Assembly: GCA_964016885.1 (NCBI GenBank)
Contig: OZ024759.1
Coordinates: forward strand, 33,232,001 to 33,296,000
Reading direction: 5' to 3'
Source of the DNA: Eledone cirrhosa
Taxonomy: Eukaryota
Length of the DNA stretch: 64,000 bases
Below, one piece after another: positions 60,401-64,000 of this stretch (its first letter is position 1; each line of letters begins with the position of its first letter). The translations under genes and the position numbers were made by a program. The notes under the pieces were generated by a model. It saw nothing but the letters and a program-made list of their open reading frames with translations. It did no database searches and was not told the DNA's origin.

Positions 60401-60470
60401 ATATATGGTAAAAGTGGTCGTCACAAGGATTGGTCAAAATATATATATATATATATATTTATATTCACAT

Positions 60471-60637
60471 ATAACAAAGATGGTGTGGTAAGATACCAGG
60501 TGGACCATAACGCACCAGAGTACCCAATACTTAGGGTAGTAGAGTGGATAAGAGTCAGGACCCCGATGATGCCTTAGTTCGAATTAAGCTGTCGAAACGG
60601 CCGGAGCTCAGCCGTCGGGGTCCTGACCTTTTTCATA
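60471..60637 (-). mobile_element. Hammerhead fold-back family A, diverged subfamily copy
   Basis: Tail, deleted left arm, centre CTTAGTTC/GAATTAAG, right arm GTCGAAACGGCCGGAGCTCAGCCGTCGGGGTCCTGA. Confidence 0.8.
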
Positions 60638-61279
60638 TATATATATATATATATAGGTGTGAGTGCATGAGTCAGTGTATCTGTGTGCGCGGTGTGCATA
60701 TGTATGTATGTAAGTTTGTATGTATGTATGTATGGATGGATGGATGGATGGATATATGCATGTATATATGTATGTAATACATGTGTGTATGTATATATCT
60801 GACAGACGAAGGAAAATGTGTGCGTTTGTTATTTGTTAAAAACATACAATAAAATAGTTGCGTTCTTAAGGGAAAGAGTTAAGGAGAGATATAGAAGAGG
60901 CGTGGGAAAGATAGAGAGAGTGATGTGGGGTAGAATGAGATAGGGAAGCGGGAAGCGAGAGAGAAGCGGGAGCGAGAGAGAGAGAGAGGGGGGAGTGAAG
61001 TGTGGGGTAGAAAGAAAGAGGTAACTGTGGTGTGTGATCACAATATCACACATATATCGTTAGTGAAATGTGATAAACTGCTAAAAGACGGTATAATAAC
61101 AAAATAGCTGCTGGCTGTTTATAAACAGGATTTGTCATTACAGCCATCACTGCGTCTATATGTGTCTATCTAGAGGGCATCCGTCTAACGTCATAGCTCA
61201 TTTCTTACGGTTATATACTCCCCATATATATATATAATATATATATATAATATATATATATATAATATATATATATATT

Positions 61280-61619
<340 letters not shown>

Positions 61620-62046
61620 TGGTGGCTGCCAACTCGTTTTCGAGTACGGCCACTACTTTATATCCATGTAGGAGAACCCCTACCGAAGCGCTGAACGAGT
61701 GTGACTTTTTAGTCCAGCCAGCGACTTGAAAACTCTGGTACAAACACTACACTTGTGACAATTATTGACACATAGTGCTGGGGCCATGGTACCATGTGAG
61801 GACAAGTGCAGAGAGATCTCCAGATATAAAGGCAATGCCTGTGCCGTGAAGCTTTTATAGTGAGCAAAGGCACTGCACAAAGCCAGTCCCACTCTCTTAA
61901 CCAAGATGTTATTTACCAAAAAGAAGAACAAGTCAACATCATTGGATACCATCAGGGTTGCAGGTGTTATATCAGAGTTTTCCTTCTCCTAGAATTCTGC
62001 CTTGACAAAGGCTAAGGGGTCATCTCTCCCGGTGAATTCTGGATGG
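61620..62046 (-). mobile_element. Short element with an RTE/BovB-like 3' tail retaining a C2H2-like finger
   Basis: [19 protein letters not shown] at about 61757-61697; body and 3' terminus shared with 41052-41362; runs into the gap. Confidence 0.65.
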
Positions 62047-62246
62047 NNNNNNNNNNNNNNNNNNNNNNNNNNNNNNNNNNNNNNNNNNNNNNNNNNNNNN
62101 NNNNNNNNNNNNNNNNNNNNNNNNNNNNNNNNNNNNNNNNNNNNNNNNNNNNNNNNNNNNNNNNNNNNNNNNNNNNNNNNNNNNNNNNNNNNNNNNNNNN
62201 NNNNNNNNNNNNNNNNNNNNNNNNNNNNNNNNNNNNNNNNNNNNNN
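62047..62246. other. Assembly gap (200 N)
   Basis: Run of N. Confidence 1.
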
Positions 62247-62415
62247 ACACATATATATATATACATATATATATATACATATATATATACGTATATATAC
62301 ATACATATATACACATATATATATATACATATATATATTACATATATATATACGTATATATACATATATATATATACATATATATATATACATATATATA
62401 CATATATATATATAC

Positions 62416-62468
<53 letters not shown>

Positions 62469-62469
62469 C

Positions 62470-62509
<40 letters not shown>

Positions 62510-62510
62510 C

Positions 62511-62541
<31 letters not shown>

Positions 62542-62598
62542 CATATATATATACATATATACATATATATACATATATATACATATACATATGTATAC

Positions 62599-62633
<35 letters not shown>

Positions 62634-63068
62634 TATAAATATATATACATATACATATATATAAATATATATATATATACATATATATAAATATATATAC
62701 ATATACATATATATAAATATATATACATATATATAATATATATATATACATATATATATACATATATATAAGTATATATATATATACATATATATAAATA
62801 TACATATACATATATATAAGTATATATATATATACATATATATAAATATACATATATATACATATATATAAGTATATATATATATACATATATATAGATA
62901 TATATATATATATATATACATATATATATACATATATATATACATATATATATACATATATATACATATATATATACATATATATACATATATATATACA
63001 TATACATATATATACATATATATACATTATATATATATATACATATATACATATATATATACATATAA

Positions 63069-63113
<45 letters not shown>

Positions 63114-63182
63114 CATACATATATATACATTTATATATATATACATATATATATACATATATAAATGTATACATATATATAC

Positions 63183-63233
<51 letters not shown>

Positions 63234-63250
63234 CATATATATAACTATAC

Positions 63251-63297
<47 letters not shown>

Positions 63298-63298
63298 C

Positions 63299-63343
<45 letters not shown>

Positions 63344-63631
63344 TATATATATTATATACAATATAAACAATTAAACCCATCAAAGCCATCAAAAATAATA
63401 TCAACAACAACAATAACAACAACAAACAATCCTAATTAGCTTATGTTATTTATGTGGGGGTTATGATGTAGGGGGCTTCAAATTATTCTCCTTAATGACA
63501 TGTTGTTATTGTTATAATTATTGTTGTTGTTATCGTTGTTGGTTGCTGTTTCGTGTTGTATTTTATATCTATATATATATATATATATACAAATTATATA
63601 TATATATACAATTTATATATATTAATACATA

Positions 63632-63665
<34 letters not shown>

Positions 63666-63676
63666 CATATATATAC

Positions 63677-63707
<31 letters not shown>

Positions 63708-63757
63708 CATATATATACATATTATATATACATATATATATATACATATATATATAC

Positions 63758-63790
<33 letters not shown>

Positions 63791-63807
63791 CATACATATA
63801 TATATAC

Positions 63808-63838
<31 letters not shown>

Positions 63839-63929
63839 CATATATATATACACATATATATATATATATATACACATATATATATATATACACACACACA
63901 TATATATATATACATACATATATATACAC

Positions 63930-63962
<33 letters not shown>

Positions 63963-64000
63963 TATATATATATACACACACAATATATATATATACATAA
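62247..64000. repeat. (TA)n/(TACA) compound microsatellite field
   Basis: Near-continuous, broken only by a CAA/TTG-rich island at about 63360-63570. Confidence 0.95.

Noticed and set aside
60550-60630. CCGATGA...GAAAC...GTC as an intact plus-strand hammerhead
   Set aside because: The core is two bases short if stem I is fully paired; a deleted left palindrome arm explains it better.
61680-61952. Host C2H2 zinc-finger gene
   Set aside because: A single incomplete finger inside a repeat shared with 41052-41362; typical of an RTE C-terminus.

Overview
This is not prokaryotic DNA. It is AT-rich, microsatellite-saturated animal non-coding sequence; the repeat content suggests a cephalopod (octopus-like), which is an inference. 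I find no credible host protein-coding exon, and nearly all listed ORFs are translations of (TA)n, (CA)n or (GAA)n tracts. The unique-looking islands are mostly retroelement debris: about 20 copies of one tRNA-derived SINE (several with clear TSDs), RTE-clade LINE 3' relics, R4/Dong-like endonuclease relics beside (TAA)n, the 5' part of an L1/Tx1-like LINE and a decayed Penelope-like coding relic. There is one 200-N assembly gap. The main signal is a set of short non-coding elements embedded in (TA)n tracts that carry type I hammerhead ribozymes. Four folds are intact or nearly intact (20170-20241 +, 29249-29313 -, 44217-44254 +, 60286-60400 -), two of them with the U3-A8 core variant, and several more are decayed. 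One family has 8 copies here, mostly as fold-back palindromes that turn around inside hammerhead stem/loop II. Two other sequence families show similar inversions at the stem II/GAAA junction. All structures were read by eye; no database search or folding program was run.
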